Shown here in pieces: positions 30,201-39,015 of a DNA stretch of 64,000 bases (its first letter is position 1; every line of letters starts with the position of its first letter). Location of the stretch: the IMG/VR virus record IMGVR_UViG_3300049846_001393, positions 1-64,000 of that record; one strand, given 5' to 3'. The notes beneath the pieces were generated by a model that did no database searches, was not told where the DNA came from, and worked only from the letters and a program-made list of their open reading frames with translations. The translations under genes and the position numbers were made by a program. Source of the stretch: a virus.

Positions 30201-32691
30201 AAGCAGCCTGAGCTCTTGCTTCAGCAATCTCTTGAACTAGTCCAAGATTTTCTCTTTCAAAACCAGCAGCAGCTTGAATAAGAGCATCAACATACTGTCT
30301 ATATGCCTCTGCAATACCAGAACTTTCAACAAGATCACTGGGATCTCCAGACTGAACGTTCCCTCCAATATCTTGCATATCAGCAGCTCTTTGAGCAGCA
30401 GCTTGAGCTGCAGCCTCATATGCGCTTACATTTTCTTCATCACCAAATGGATCATTGCCAGCAGCACCGCCACGGCCACCGCCACCGCCCCCGCCAGTAC
30501 CACCAATTCCGCCAGAAAGTTTTTTGGCTGTACTACCCTTGCTAGTTAATGAAGAAACAAGTCCACGTTCTGCTTTAGCAAACTCTGCATAAATACCTTT
30601 AAGTAGCTGAGTCTGCCTATCAAGAGCCTTAGACTTATCATTTAAAGCTTTAACAAGATTTTTTTCTGCACTAGAAATATTTGTTGCAGTAGAACCAGTG
30701 GCTTTAGCACCAGTAGCTTTAGCGCCGGTAGTTTTAGCTCCGGTAGGGCCAGTAGTTTTTGGACCAGTAGCGGCAGGACCAGTAGCTTTAGGTCCAGTAG
30801 CAGCAGCACCAGTAGTTTTAGCTCCGGTAGCAGCAGGACCAGTGGGACCAGTAGCTTTAGGTCCAGTAGCAGCAGGTGTCTGACCTTCAGCACCAGTAAT
30901 TTGTGCAACAGTTTCACGAAGAGCAGCCGCAAGGCTATCAAGCTCTTCGTTTAACTCATCAACACTTAAACCGCTTAACTCTTTTAATATTTCAGAAGTT
31001 ACATCGCCAGCCATAGTAGCTGGAGATCCCTTGCCAAGCGGTATACCTGTTCTTAGCGCTACTGATTCAGCAATTGTCTCATAAAGATCTTTAGTACCAT
31101 ACTGACTAGTTCCAGCAGCTAACTTTGATCTTTGTTTTGCAGCATCTTTATAAATAGGATTATCTCTTCCAAGATATTCCTGCAAAGTTTGAGCCTTAAG
31201 TCTACCCTTAGGTGTTAAACTGAACGGTCCTGTCTTTAAACCAGTAACCTTCATTGCTTCTGCATTTTGTCTCTGAATAAATTCTTTCAGAGACTTCATA
31301 TCACTAAGACCTGGATTTAGTTTCTTTACATCAGCAAGAGAAAGTGTTCCAGATTTTGTTCCGCTAGCAGCAACTCTTAAAGCTTCAGCATTTCTTGAAA
31401 GACCAATTACAGACTTAGCCTCTCTCCCACCAGTAATCCCATCTCCAAATATACCTGCACCACGCTCTACAAGCTTTCCTCTAACACGCGATCCAATACT
31501 TGGATCAACAGATCCCGCCCTAAAATCACCGATATGACCAAGCTCATGGAGCATTACCTGCATAGCGTCAGTTGGATTAAGGTCTTTTCTTAGGGCAACA
31601 CCCATATTTTTTGGACCAGCATAACCCGAAGCCTTACCAGGCTGGACATTATAGTCCAAAACTTTTCTTGAAGTCTTAGAAAATGTTTGGAGTTGTTCAG
31701 GCGCCAACGTTGGGAACTGCATCAAGGTCTTTTTCAAACCTCTATTAACTACTTTTGCAGTTCTAGGATCTTCAAATTCAGAAAGGAATTTAGGAGTTAA
31801 AAGCTTTTGAAACGTAGGCTCTAACTTTCTTCTAACCTTGCCTCTTTCAATTTGAGCCTGAAGTCGCTCATCTAAAGAAAGACCCTTAGCACGGGCAGTA
31901 GATCTAGTAACAGGTCTACCATATCTATCAAGTCTAGCGTTTTGCTTAGTTACACCACGATATGGCTCGGTATACTGTTTACCACCACCAATTTCAGCCT
32001 CTGCACTAACTAAATCTTCTGGGACAAAATCTTCAGTAGATCTCTTTGCCCTTGTTTTTCTTCTTGTAGTAGAAGGTGCAATATCTCTTGCAGCAGAAGC
32101 TCTACGCTCAGCAGCAGAAGGGGCGCGTGGAGTAGGTGCAGCCGTAGCCTCAGCCTGACGAACAAGAGTCTTGGCTGGAACAGTTTTAGCCTGCGCGGCC
32201 TTAGAACCAACTACAGCCTGAACTTCGCGATTATAAAGATCGCGAACAGCAGTACCAATTCTAGTCGGTTTAATCTTGCTTAACTGCCTATCAAAGTCAG
32301 CAAAAAAAGTATCAAAAGATTTAGTAAATTTTCTAACTACAGCAGTCTGCTGAGACTTAGGAAGAAGCTCAAATCCCTTAAAAGAAGACTTGAAAGAATC
32401 AACAGAAGCAGCTCTAATCTTGCTCAAAGAGGGAGTGTCAAGACCAAGTGCTTTAGCCTGCTGCATCTGCACCTGAGCATTAGCGGCAGCGATCCTGGCA
32501 GAACCAGTAGCAGCAGCGCTACGGTCAGCAGTATTAACTCTACTTAAATTTTGCTGAACAGGTGGAGCAGAGGCAACCTGCTTAGAAGAACCAGAGGCGA
32601 CACGCTTTGACTCAGCATCAAGCCTTCTGATGCTTTTCATAACCTCGCTATCATCCACACCAAGCTTGATATTAAAGTTAAAATCAGCCAT
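24202..32691 (-). CDS. tape measure protein with N-terminal HExxH metallopeptidase-like insert
   Basis: 2829 aa, Ala-rich helical, TMP core (ETGLAADEL, GFSLEEFAALA); follows the chaperone; contains VMLHELGH and YETIAES. Confidence 0.92.
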   Translation of the reverse strand: MADFNFNIKLGVDDSEVMKSIRRLDAESKRVASGSSKQVASAPPVQQNLSRVNTADRSAAATGSARIAAANAQVQMQQAKALGLDTPSLSKIRAASVDSFKSSFKGFELLPKSQQTAVVRKFTKSFDTFFADFDRQLSKIKPTRIGTAVRDLYNREVQAVVGSKAAQAKTVPAKTLVRQAEATAAPTPRAPSAAERRASAARDIAPSTTRRKTRAKRSTEDFVPEDLVSAEAEIGGGKQYTEPYRGVTKQNARLDRYGRPVTRSTARAKGLSLDERLQAQIERGKVRRKLEPTFQKLLTPKFLSEFEDPRTAKVVNRGLKKTLMQFPTLAPEQLQTFSKTSRKVLDYNVQPGKASGYAGPKNMGVALRKDLNPTDAMQVMLHELGHIGDFRAGSVDPSIGSRVRGKLVERGAGIFGDGITGGREAKSVIGLSRNAEALRVAASGTKSGTLSLADVKKLNPGLSDMKSLKEFIQRQNAEAMKVTGLKTGPFSLTPKGRLKAQTLQEYLGRDNPIYKDAAKQRSKLAAGTSQYGTKDLYETIAESVALRTGIPLGKGSPATMAGDVTSEILKELSGLSVDELNEELDSLAAALRETVAQITGAEGQTPAATGPKATGPTGPAATGAKTTGAAATGPKATGPAATGPKTTGPTGAKTTGAKATGAKATGSTATNISSAEKNLVKALNDKSKALDRQTQLLKGIYAEFAKAERGLVSSLTSKGSTAKKLSGGIGGTGGGGGGGRGGAAGNDPFGDEENVSAYEAAAQAAAQRAADMQDIGGNVQSGDPSDLVESSGIAEAYRQYVDALIQAAAGFERENLGLVQEIAEARAQAALYNQRLANQVAALQNANPSFVAGAAEGQVLKTEGQAATGAAAQALYGPRLAEADVVAAQTRAARRRAALEAAALKGVDPSRVSTRKERLTAARGAVAGVLVPGDEAAIAAERKRQLAQVQKGVQAAVKLDPKDALNALKNIKKQLDELQTDIKDDVTITINDASATAVLQNLSKEAAVLEKKIADLQKIGKNAPQNLSTALDTPKDNTSKDIKDLTKRAKLIGSNVKDAASLSISDPTISGQALGQSEKSLRSLKKERDNLIKGAGGYNNLTKQQKVEYDALNLAIQKVTRAQKQLNFELSNPNAVKASSKLKNYRSQIVAEQTLLGKIGKEKDPALRAKQIADLESRVKAINAEVIKIDTSVDPQAQVELSRLQTELQVLESRKLTLLSGGTGGTGGTGGGGGGGGVVPGGMGRRGGGQRGDVVSRVRGLGGAAGFFGSGLLSTVRYAVPSMLLYGALGGIKDSIKEAEQLQFNLAKIESQIQATFGEDAAVVTQQFKKQIMDISLETGLAADELALLTVQLIGAFSTVGPIEGMGGTDLVNAQIESAAKIAQSTGLPLAEITDGLTAASIAFEASFKKIGDVAIALEQKSGVLAKETISFIGDIAPVATEAGFSLEEFAALAALAQQRSGRGGAALAEQFGRIIPAIYQSRQALLDIAITNDKLGTPEFITAINKSDTRGILFGIGEAFNSLNKESKDFIVNLLGGRREAAAILPALSNPQALKGLTDAAENGAGKLEERFKKVQATLTNTFQRLREQVRKLFLTLLESGLEDLLKEVAGLLGIIAKGFGLIFKAVSPVLGAFDGLPVKILAAVAAFKLLKAATRFGPGGGIAGALGGLRGNNGLFANMRANALQRQAVMGTVNASQRAQMAALFNFMSGTSGAGQYGINPRTGTMTAPGMLGGNFGRTGRQAYIDARAAGQGRLSALGAGFNQRSQNVEKLNKAGLKTPAQKASAAVGGFTTLALTGVMVAYSLIQSGVDKQNANLDKIKAFAEDANTSIADLEAKARDLREVNAGISIGARLSGFFTGARYESEAEYAQALAFAKSAFDENEQRILDILANQQSAVNFFLERISGLSGANALPNVIADEGITAGGIDINPAGNVGVGPAQQKAEEKSKQAADKARIKTGTNKGKFNVEAYIRNAYAGEGRLGDSRAFQFDQDLADAGDALRAAALERLTKISEALGFNLNNLDGDIASALGSANPTKALEEIVQDKDRKYTDAEQKQAKEVLDKIIELGENDPRVKALLEANGLLDDAAAASLKSLEQLQKDLDLGRISPESYLAGLNELRASILAKINDPKVTGNKKLLYEQLFNIDKTINGFVNEQAQKALTATLDIINLTSDPTTIAGIMQKAAAIQTAINSGLTGEDLRKAALELVQTQKEMAIAMIQNAATAEEAAEIAGRPIKIPIETRVAAIKGQLGTLVGNWSTFTKGWETAFGETADDFITFITTALSNGSLSIDQVKAMMEKRKKDLETQRALFMEMTGAKANDPTVQAYDQAISGANAIINSINTTGKLPGDTGNEVNDKKAQFSAYQQRAQAATNLNKAKANKDSVAKAMMDAQQAEKDYQKAVADGLDAQTLDELDAKRREAKQAVIDAAKAVADAVRGIAKAQAAANKDSVAQAVLDLDQANKDYAAAVAANDKEGAANAVAAQIAARAALRDNINNRAKTFAQLLKALGSQDSLDQAQYDVNIARMNMANAVGPEERMQAWMELIAAERAQREAFKRRREAMFDLAKAQTEDPVQDAQYDLTLAQQLLAEAKTNDERIAAQRQLIDAQRAMTNAMNDVRNSQFSLRQAELAAIGDDIGAAQVAAAAAREQLAQAINAGKGAAEINNLRAGVISAEKAARDAIFQGKLDEYKYLLDTDQITKTEYANYLEGLKSTLIPGTKQFRDLEVTIKNLKDDISGNLQANLPTSLMLPTLYEVRRLNQSGQFGNVSGGANGPSVGYQDNRNIQVQVVVNNGMSEGQVVDSLAKAMNVGTSGLESRRY
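30690..30880 (-). repeat. 15-bp tandem repeat encoding G-[PA]-[KA]-[AT]-T pentapeptides within the TMP
   Basis: GPKATGPTGPAATGAKTTGAAATGPKATGPAATGPKTTG...; recurring ACCAGTAG units. Confidence 0.85.
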
Positions 32692-32738
32692 CCTGCCACC
32701 TAAAAGCCCTAGTAATCTACTATATCAATAACGACTAA

Positions 32739-33859
32739 CTACTCCTTAAATCTAGCCGCATAAATATTCTCATCCCAAATAGGCTCAGAACTATCATCTG
32801 AGATAGACTGGTCATCGCCTCCATATTTCTTTCTACGTTCAGCATCAACCTTGAGGAAATGCTCTTCCAATTCCCAATCAAGATTCCACATCCAACGTGG
32901 AGGCATTTCATCGCTAGGAAGATTTTCCTGCCAAGCAAGAATTCTGATCGCATGATCAAGAGCAGCATGAAAATCGTGAGGAACTTCCTGAACAGACTTT
33001 ACACCTTCAGGGTATAAAGAAACGTCAGAAATAGATTTAGAAGAAGAAACTATCCTTAAAAAATAAGGGTCAGCTGCTAGTCTTTTCCCTCAACGCCCTC
33101 AACAGTCATCTCGCGATAAACAGAAATAATCTCAGCCAAAATACGAGTATCAAGACACTTGACCTCATCAATTGACTCAAAATAGCGCTCATCATGATTC
33201 TCTGGAAGACGAGTGGCATAAAAAGCCTGATAGAAAGAAAACTCGTTCATCCAAGCGAAATCAGCTTCCATTTCAATAATCTTATTAATAACCTTAGTCT
33301 TAAGTTCATCTGTTTCAATAAGATCAAATTCTGAATAAACATCTTGCTTATCAACATCAAGAGCCTTATCTACCTCATCAGTATAACGCTTAAGCTCCTC
33401 ATAAATACGATTAGCCTCAGCATCATCATCAGTGGTAATCCAAGTATCTCTTACACCATCATTCCAAGCCTGCTGAAGAGAGTTTAGATAATCGTCCTTA
33501 GCCCACTCATCATCTGCGGCAATGCGCTGCTCAGCAGAAAGACGAAGTTCGTCAATACGGCTAGAAGCAAGGAAATCAATAAACTCTTCACGAGTATCAA
33601 GACCCATATCACCCAACTGATCCTCGTAAAGAACTTTCTCCTCTTCTGGAGCATGCTTCATTGAAAGCACTGCGGCTCTGGCCTTAGTACCAAAATCTGC
33701 TGCATCACGCTGCTCAATTGGGGAAATCTTCTGAAGATATACCTCAATCGGATCGCCATCACTATCATCATTAAGCTCAAGAGCCTTGCCGACCATATAG
33801 AGATCGCCAAGCCTACGACGCTTAGGGGCAACGACATTATCAGTCTTCTTATCGGACAT
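32739..33859 (-). CDS. tail assembly chaperone, -1 frameshifted long form (gpGT-like)
   Basis: Slippery G GGA AAA at 33089-33083 just before the stop; -1 frame open for about 114 codons (RLAADPYFLRIV...EMPPRWMW...ARFKE) to TAG at 32739. Confidence 0.85.
33077..33859 (-). CDS. tail assembly chaperone (gpG-like)
   Basis: Acidic protein between tail tube and TMP; start MSDKK with AAGGAG SD. Confidence 0.85.
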   Translation of the reverse strand: MSDKKTDNVVAPKRRRLGDLYMVGKALELNDDSDGDPIEVYLQKISPIEQRDAADFGTKARAAVLSMKHAPEEEKVLYEDQLGDMGLDTREEFIDFLASSRIDELRLSAEQRIAADDEWAKDDYLNSLQQAWNDGVRDTWITTDDDAEANRIYEELKRYTDEVDKALDVDKQDVYSEFDLIETDELKTKVINKIIEMEADFAWMNEFSFYQAFYATRLPENHDERYFESIDEVKCLDTRILAEIISVYREMTVEGVEGKD

Positions 33860-33924
33860 GATACTCCTTAAATCCAAGAATTTGCACCAGTATAGATGCA
33901 CCTAAAAACCTGTTAACATAACGG

Positions 33925-33950
33925 AAAAGAGGGCGGTATTTAAACCGCCC
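33925..33950 (-). terminator. intrinsic terminator after the major tail gene
   Basis: GGGCGGT/ACCGCCC stem followed by TCTTTT on the minus strand. Confidence 0.7.
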
Positions 33951-33974
33951 CCCAATCCAAGAAAGTGTTTACTA

Positions 33975-35267
33975 TCAGGCAGTACGAGCGCCGTTGTAAA
34001 CGTACATAAGACCAGCATCTGAAGTGAATGACAGGGTGGTCTCAAGCTTCTGCTGGATCTGACCGGAGTAACCGGGGACCTGGAAACGAGCATCTGGTAC
34101 GTAAATGGTCTTTACGCGGCTGCCGGTATCTGGGTGGTTGATACGAATCTCCAGAGGAACAGGAACAGCAGACTTAGGACCAACAACATTGGTTGAAGTA
34201 ACACCAGTGATCTGAGCAAGCTTGTCCCACATATCTGCAGGATCGAATGGACGAACACCAATCGAACCAGAAACCTCAGGAACATCATAGTCAGTAGCAA
34301 CATAGTGCTCGTTACCGAACTCCTGATCGTTGTCAAGAGTTACTGCCCATGAAACCTCAGCAGACTGAACTGAGTTGAAGCGGGTGAATACTGGAGTAGC
34401 ACCAGTGGTACCGATGTAAACATCAATATCCTTGGGGCGTACAGCAGCAGGCTTCACTGAAGCATTCTGGTGAACAGCGTTACCGTTAGGATTATTGCCA
34501 GACTGGGTGTATGAGCCAGTGGTGGTTGAGCTGTAGACGATACGAATTGTCTTGGTTGAACCGTCAAGAGCAGCAACACGGGCTGAACCAGTAGCAGTAA
34601 GGGTTACAGCGCTTGAAGTATTGGTGTAGTCATCACCGAAGAACAGACGACGGTAATCGCCAGTATCGGAAACAGCAACAATACAAAGAGCATAAAGATC
34701 GTCAGTACCCTCTTCGTAAAGAATGGCGGTATTGTCGAAGCTGTATGGGCCAACACCAGAGTAGGTCTCTTCCTGATAGTAAGGCTGACCTGGGGTGTAG
34801 TAGATTGAATCGCCACGAAGGGTGAATGACTGCGTAGCATTCTGGCCAATACCGTAACGGTAGGTTGCATTCTCAAGGGTAAGGTAAGGAATTGCTACAC
34901 CCTTGACAATATTATACTGGTTACGGCGTGACTTGAATGGTGAGATTACGTCGATTGGAACGTGATTCTGGAAATCGATCTCGTTGCTACCAACAACGCC
35001 AGAAAGCTGATTGCCAGCAGCAGCGGAACCGGGATTAGCGGCGCCAGCCTTGCCAAGCAGTAGAGCCTCAAACTCGCTGAAAACATCGAACGACTCAAGA
35101 TCGAATGAAAGATCGGGAATATCACGAACGGTAGCGACTGTCTGCCAGTTACCAAGCTCGTAAATCTTCTCCTCGGGGATGTTAAGGCTGCCGGGTCCAC
35201 CAGTCTGGATACGGTCAACCACAAATCCGTTTACATCAGTTAAAATAGCACCGGCCTTAATAGCCAT
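33975..35267 (-). CDS. major tail (tube) protein
   Basis: 430 aa, GGAGG SD, IYELGN and QEFGN..Y motifs, upstream of chaperone and TMP, followed by a terminator. Confidence 0.8.
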   Translation of the reverse strand: MAIKAGAILTDVNGFVVDRIQTGGPGSLNIPEEKIYELGNWQTVATVRDIPDLSFDLESFDVFSEFEALLLGKAGAANPGSAAAGNQLSGVVGSNEIDFQNHVPIDVISPFKSRRNQYNIVKGVAIPYLTLENATYRYGIGQNATQSFTLRGDSIYYTPGQPYYQEETYSGVGPYSFDNTAILYEEGTDDLYALCIVAVSDTGDYRRLFFGDDYTNTSSAVTLTATGSARVAALDGSTKTIRIVYSSTTTGSYTQSGNNPNGNAVHQNASVKPAAVRPKDIDVYIGTTGATPVFTRFNSVQSAEVSWAVTLDNDQEFGNEHYVATDYDVPEVSGSIGVRPFDPADMWDKLAQITGVTSTNVVGPKSAVPVPLEIRINHPDTGSRVKTIYVPDARFQVPGYSGQIQQKLETTLSFTSDAGLMYVYNGARTA

Positions 35268-35396
35268 GATAAACCTCCAATTAAAAGTTAACTGTATCCA
35301 AACCTAGAAACTTATCTAAGGTTCCTGCATAAAAAAAGATGCACAAAGTCCTGTGAATTCTTAACACTGTAACGGAAATTATTCAAACAATTAAAA

Positions 35397-36359
35397 TTAA
35401 CGTCTTCTTGTTGAACCTCTAGTTGCAGGAGGCTTAGGCTTTACGGTTGTTTTTCTTGTACCATTCCCAGCTTTTTTAGAATTCTTCTGAGAATCTGCAA
35501 CATATTTGTTAAGAACAGCTGTAAGCTTAACACCATATTCTTTATTCATCTTAGCAATACCCTTATCCAAGAATCTCCAGCCAAGAATACCCTTAGATTT
35601 CTTTGGCTTGAAAGATCTCTGTCCAAGGCCCCTAGTTTTAAAAGGATATACATAAATATATGGACCTCTTGGAGTTTGAACAATAGCCCTTGCAGATGGT
35701 GTTCTATCATATGGCTTACCAGATCCAACACCAACAGCGCCCCTACCCTTGCGTTTTGAACCCTTCTTTTTAGCAATCAAAGGGCTAGAAGGAACAACGA
35801 AACCAGATCGTGCACCAAACCTACTAAGATTTGGAGAGTCAGCAAGATTTCTCCTAAAAATCTTAACCTTCTCTGTTTCAGCTTTTTTTGAACCACGAGG
35901 AGATGCGCCAAAGTTTAGCCTAGCCCACTGTTTAGCATATTTATCAAGCTCAATAAAATTAAAACCAATACCCCTTGCAGAAGTAACAATAAGCCTATCG
36001 CTATTAAGACCCTTCTCCATCTGACCAGCAGAGTATCTTTTCAACTTGCCAGTATCAGCTTGACGATAAGGCTTTCTACCACGCTTCTTGCCAGCCTTAT
36101 AAGCCCTAAGCATTTCTTTTCGAGCAACCTCTCCAAGTTCCTCATGCATTACAGCAAGCTGGTTTCTAAAAGCAGAACTTCTTAAAGAAGTAGAAAAACT
36201 AGCTTTAACCCACTTAGCAAGCTGCGTGTTAGCCTCACTTGCAGCCTGATTAACAGCATCCTTAACTTCGATCTTAGCCATTACAGCAATAAGATCATTC
36301 TTACTTGTATTTGCTGTTGGACCTGGCTGAAAAATAAAGTTGCCACTCAACTTAGCCAT
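35397..36359 (-). CDS. very basic virion/neck protein (possibly HK97 gp10-like)
   Basis: K/R-rich; WARLNFGA and GWRFLDKG resemble gp10-family motifs; position in the structural operon. Confidence 0.5.
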   Translation of the reverse strand: MAKLSGNFIFQPGPTANTSKNDLIAVMAKIEVKDAVNQAASEANTQLAKWVKASFSTSLRSSAFRNQLAVMHEELGEVARKEMLRAYKAGKKRGRKPYRQADTGKLKRYSAGQMEKGLNSDRLIVTSARGIGFNFIELDKYAKQWARLNFGASPRGSKKAETEKVKIFRRNLADSPNLSRFGARSGFVVPSSPLIAKKKGSKRKGRGAVGVGSGKPYDRTPSARAIVQTPRGPYIYVYPFKTRGLGQRSFKPKKSKGILGWRFLDKGIAKMNKEYGVKLTAVLNKYVADSQKNSKKAGNGTRKTTVKPKPPATRGSTRRR

Positions 36360-36361
36360 AA

Positions 36362-36610
36362 TTAATCCTTATTCAATATACTATATATATCGTCCAAACG
36401 ATTCATAAATTCTTCATTCCAAACAACTTCATCTGGCTGAATCAAATCAAAAGCCATGTCGCAAAGATCATTAATGTCATCAAGAAACTTTTTTCTTAGT
36501 TTAGAAGAAACATCTTGAGGAAGAAAAGCATCGCACTCTCTTTCTTTAAATGACAAAAAAGAAGCAATAACCCTATCTCTACGCTTAGCTAGCAAACTAT
36601 TATTATCCAT
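36362..36610 (-). CDS. hypothetical protein
   Basis: Coupled ORF; start MDNNS. Confidence 0.6.
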   Translation of the reverse strand: MDNNSLLAKRRDRVIASFLSFKERECDAFLPQDVSSKLRKKFLDDINDLCDMAFDLIQPDEVVWNEEFMNRLDDIYSILNKD

Positions 36611-36887
36611 ATTGTCCACCCAAAGACCATGCCTCTGCCTCAGCAATCAAATGCTGCGGCTCTTGATGTATAACATTAGCAGCATCTTGCAGCGGAATAA
36701 CATTAAGAACAACTAAAAGAGTTGCTAAAGCACCAGTTGAATCTAATGGTGGATATGGATTAACAATAGTTTCTCTAGAAATTTCAATACCATTACTATA
36801 ATTAATAACAACTACAGATCCATCAGAATTTTCTATAGTTTGTTCTATAAGAACACCATCTAAAGTAGTAATTTCAGTTAAAATCAT
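36603..36887 (-). CDS. hypothetical protein (possible fibre chaperone)
   Basis: ATGA overlap with the collagen fibre gene stop. Confidence 0.55.
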   Translation of the reverse strand: MILTEITTLDGVLIEQTIENSDGSVVVINYSNGIEISRETIVNPYPPLDSTGALATLLVVLNVIPLQDAANVIHQEPQHLIAEAEAWSLGGQYG

Positions 36888-39013
36888 GGGGTACTCACTC
36901 TCATCCAAACATGAAATACGTTCCCTGTAATAGTACGACCTAAAGAAACTGTGGGATTATCAGCAAATGCTCCAGAAATTGAAGAACTTGTAAAAAATGT
37001 AAACATATTATTACTTGCAGCAGGAGTAGTTTCTCCAGCAATTTGTGCGGCAACAGAGCAAGCAGCAAATGTTGGATTAGCTCCAGCAGTATCAATATTT
37101 TGAGTAGAAATAGCTGCCCAATACCAACCGGGTGAAAGAGTTACTTCTGCAAATGTTTTAGTTAAAACACCAGTAGCATTTATAGAAGCTGTACCAGCAT
37201 CTATTTTTACAGTTCCGGGTCTACCTGAATTATCATTATAAATACCAATGCGTACAACTGCTGAAGCTCCTGCATTTAAAGCAGTGCAATAAACAGAAAG
37301 TGCTGTAGTACCAACCTGTTTGCCAATATAGAATGGAACATATCTAACAGCATTATTAGAGTTTGCAGCACTTGATCCAGTAGACTGTGTAGTATATCCA
37401 TTTCCATGCTGATGAGATAACAGCATATAGTCATTAGTAGCTAATGGAAGTTCGTTAACGCCTGGACCAGTTGCGCCAGTGCTTCCCGTAGAACCAGCGG
37501 GACCAGTCGCACCTGTGGCTCCTACAGCGCCATTGGTTCCATTGGTTCCTGCTGGACCAGCAGGCCCGGTAGCGCCAGTAGCACCAGCACCAGTAGCCCC
37601 TTGAGGACCAGTAGCGCCAGCAGGTCCAGTGGGTCCAGAAGGGCCAAGTTGGGTATACATGACTTGCGTAGCAGTTAAAATAACGCTTGGAATAGCTGGA
37701 GAAGGAGCTGATGCTGCTGAATACTCAAGAAACAAGTCAGTATGTGTTGTATTCCAAAAAAGTTCAATATAGTCACTAGCGGTTAAATTTAAAACAAAAT
37801 TTACAGTTCCAATATTATGCCCATCAATATTTCCATGATTTTCGTTAACACTCCACTTACTATCACTATCATTTATATTAGTTCCATTTTTCTTTAACCA
37901 AACATTAACATCTTTAATTTGATTATTAGAATTTGCAAACTGAATAGAGAAAGTAATGCTATAAACACCAGAATTAGAAAAAGTAATTTTACTATTATCT
38001 ACAACAGAAACGCCATTATTGGATAAATCAGAATTGTTATAAGTAATTGGATATTCCGTGTTTGCGGAAACAGCGGTTTGATCTTGCGTAGACCAAAAAG
38101 AACCCCAATATCCTAAAGAGCCACCAGCACCCGCAGGACCAGTCGCACCCGTTGCGCCAGCACCAGTTGCGCCCTGTGGTCCAGTAGAACCCGTTGCACC
38201 CACAGGACCAGTCCAACCATCACTGCCGGGTAGCCCCTGCGGACCTGTAGCGCCCGTAACACCAGTCGGTCCAGTAAAGCCAATATCACCACTTGCAGAC
38301 AAAAGAGTCCAAAATGTTCCCTCTACCGGAGTATCGCCAGTATTCCCACCATTAGCATTTATACGATACCAAGTTTGTCCACCATAAGTAGCAACATCAC
38401 CAACCGCATACGATGCCCCTACGTTATAGGCACCAGTAAAATTCCAAAGAGCATTCGCACCTGTTGGACCAGTAGGACCTTCGGGACCAGTAGGACCGGT
38501 AGCACCTGTAGCGCCTGCCGAACCAGCAGATCCCGTAGCCCCAACAGCGCCAGTAAAACCCTGAACACCCTGAATTCCCTGTGGCCCCGTTGCTCCAGAA
38601 GCACCGACCAAACCTTCATTTCCTTGGATTCCCTGCGGACCAGTTGCGCCAGTAGAGCCCACACCACCAGTCAAACCAGTCGAACCAGTTGCACCAGTAA
38701 AACCTTGCGAGCCAACGGCGCCAGAAGCGCCTGTAGCGCCAGAATCACCAATAGGGCCAGTAGGCCCCTGTGGACCAGTAGAACCTGTTGCGCCAGCACC
38801 AGTTGCACCAGCGGGGCCAGTAGAACCAGTAGCACCCACACTACCAGTTGGACCAGCAGGCCCACTTGGACCAGTAGAACCCTGAACACCCTGTGGACCC
38901 TGAACGCCATCAACAACAATAGAAGGAACTGCCTCTTCTATCACTTCGATATAAGTGGCATCCTCAGAATCAACTATGATTATTGTTTCATCTTCCTCTT
39001 GAAAGGATGCCAT
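36884..39013 (-). CDS. collagen-like fibre protein (G-X-T repeats, CBM-like and C1q/BclA-like domains)
   Basis: Three collagen blocks of GAT/GPT/GST/GPQ; WNFTGAY..GASYAVGDVATYGGQTWY; TEYPITYNN...KITFSNSGVYSITFSIQF. Confidence 0.88.
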   Translation of the reverse strand: MASFQEEDETIIIVDSEDATYIEVIEEAVPSIVVDGVQGPQGVQGSTGPSGPAGPTGSVGATGSTGPAGATGAGATGSTGPQGPTGPIGDSGATGASGAVGSQGFTGATGSTGLTGGVGSTGATGPQGIQGNEGLVGASGATGPQGIQGVQGFTGAVGATGSAGSAGATGATGPTGPEGPTGPTGANALWNFTGAYNVGASYAVGDVATYGGQTWYRINANGGNTGDTPVEGTFWTLLSASGDIGFTGPTGVTGATGPQGLPGSDGWTGPVGATGSTGPQGATGAGATGATGPAGAGGSLGYWGSFWSTQDQTAVSANTEYPITYNNSDLSNNGVSVVDNSKITFSNSGVYSITFSIQFANSNNQIKDVNVWLKKNGTNINDSDSKWSVNENHGNIDGHNIGTVNFVLNLTASDYIELFWNTTHTDLFLEYSAASAPSPAIPSVILTATQVMYTQLGPSGPTGPAGATGPQGATGAGATGATGPAGPAGTNGTNGAVGATGATGPAGSTGSTGATGPGVNELPLATNDYMLLSHQHGNGYTTQSTGSSAANSNNAVRYVPFYIGKQVGTTALSVYCTALNAGASAVVRIGIYNDNSGRPGTVKIDAGTASINATGVLTKTFAEVTLSPGWYWAAISTQNIDTAGANPTFAACSVAAQIAGETTPAASNNMFTFFTSSSISGAFADNPTVSLGRTITGNVFHVWMRVSTP

Positions 39014-39015
39014 TT

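Noticed and set aside
32735-32968. 77-aa minus-strand ORF in the track
   Set aside because: Wrong frame; the region is better explained by the -1 frameshift extension of the chaperone.
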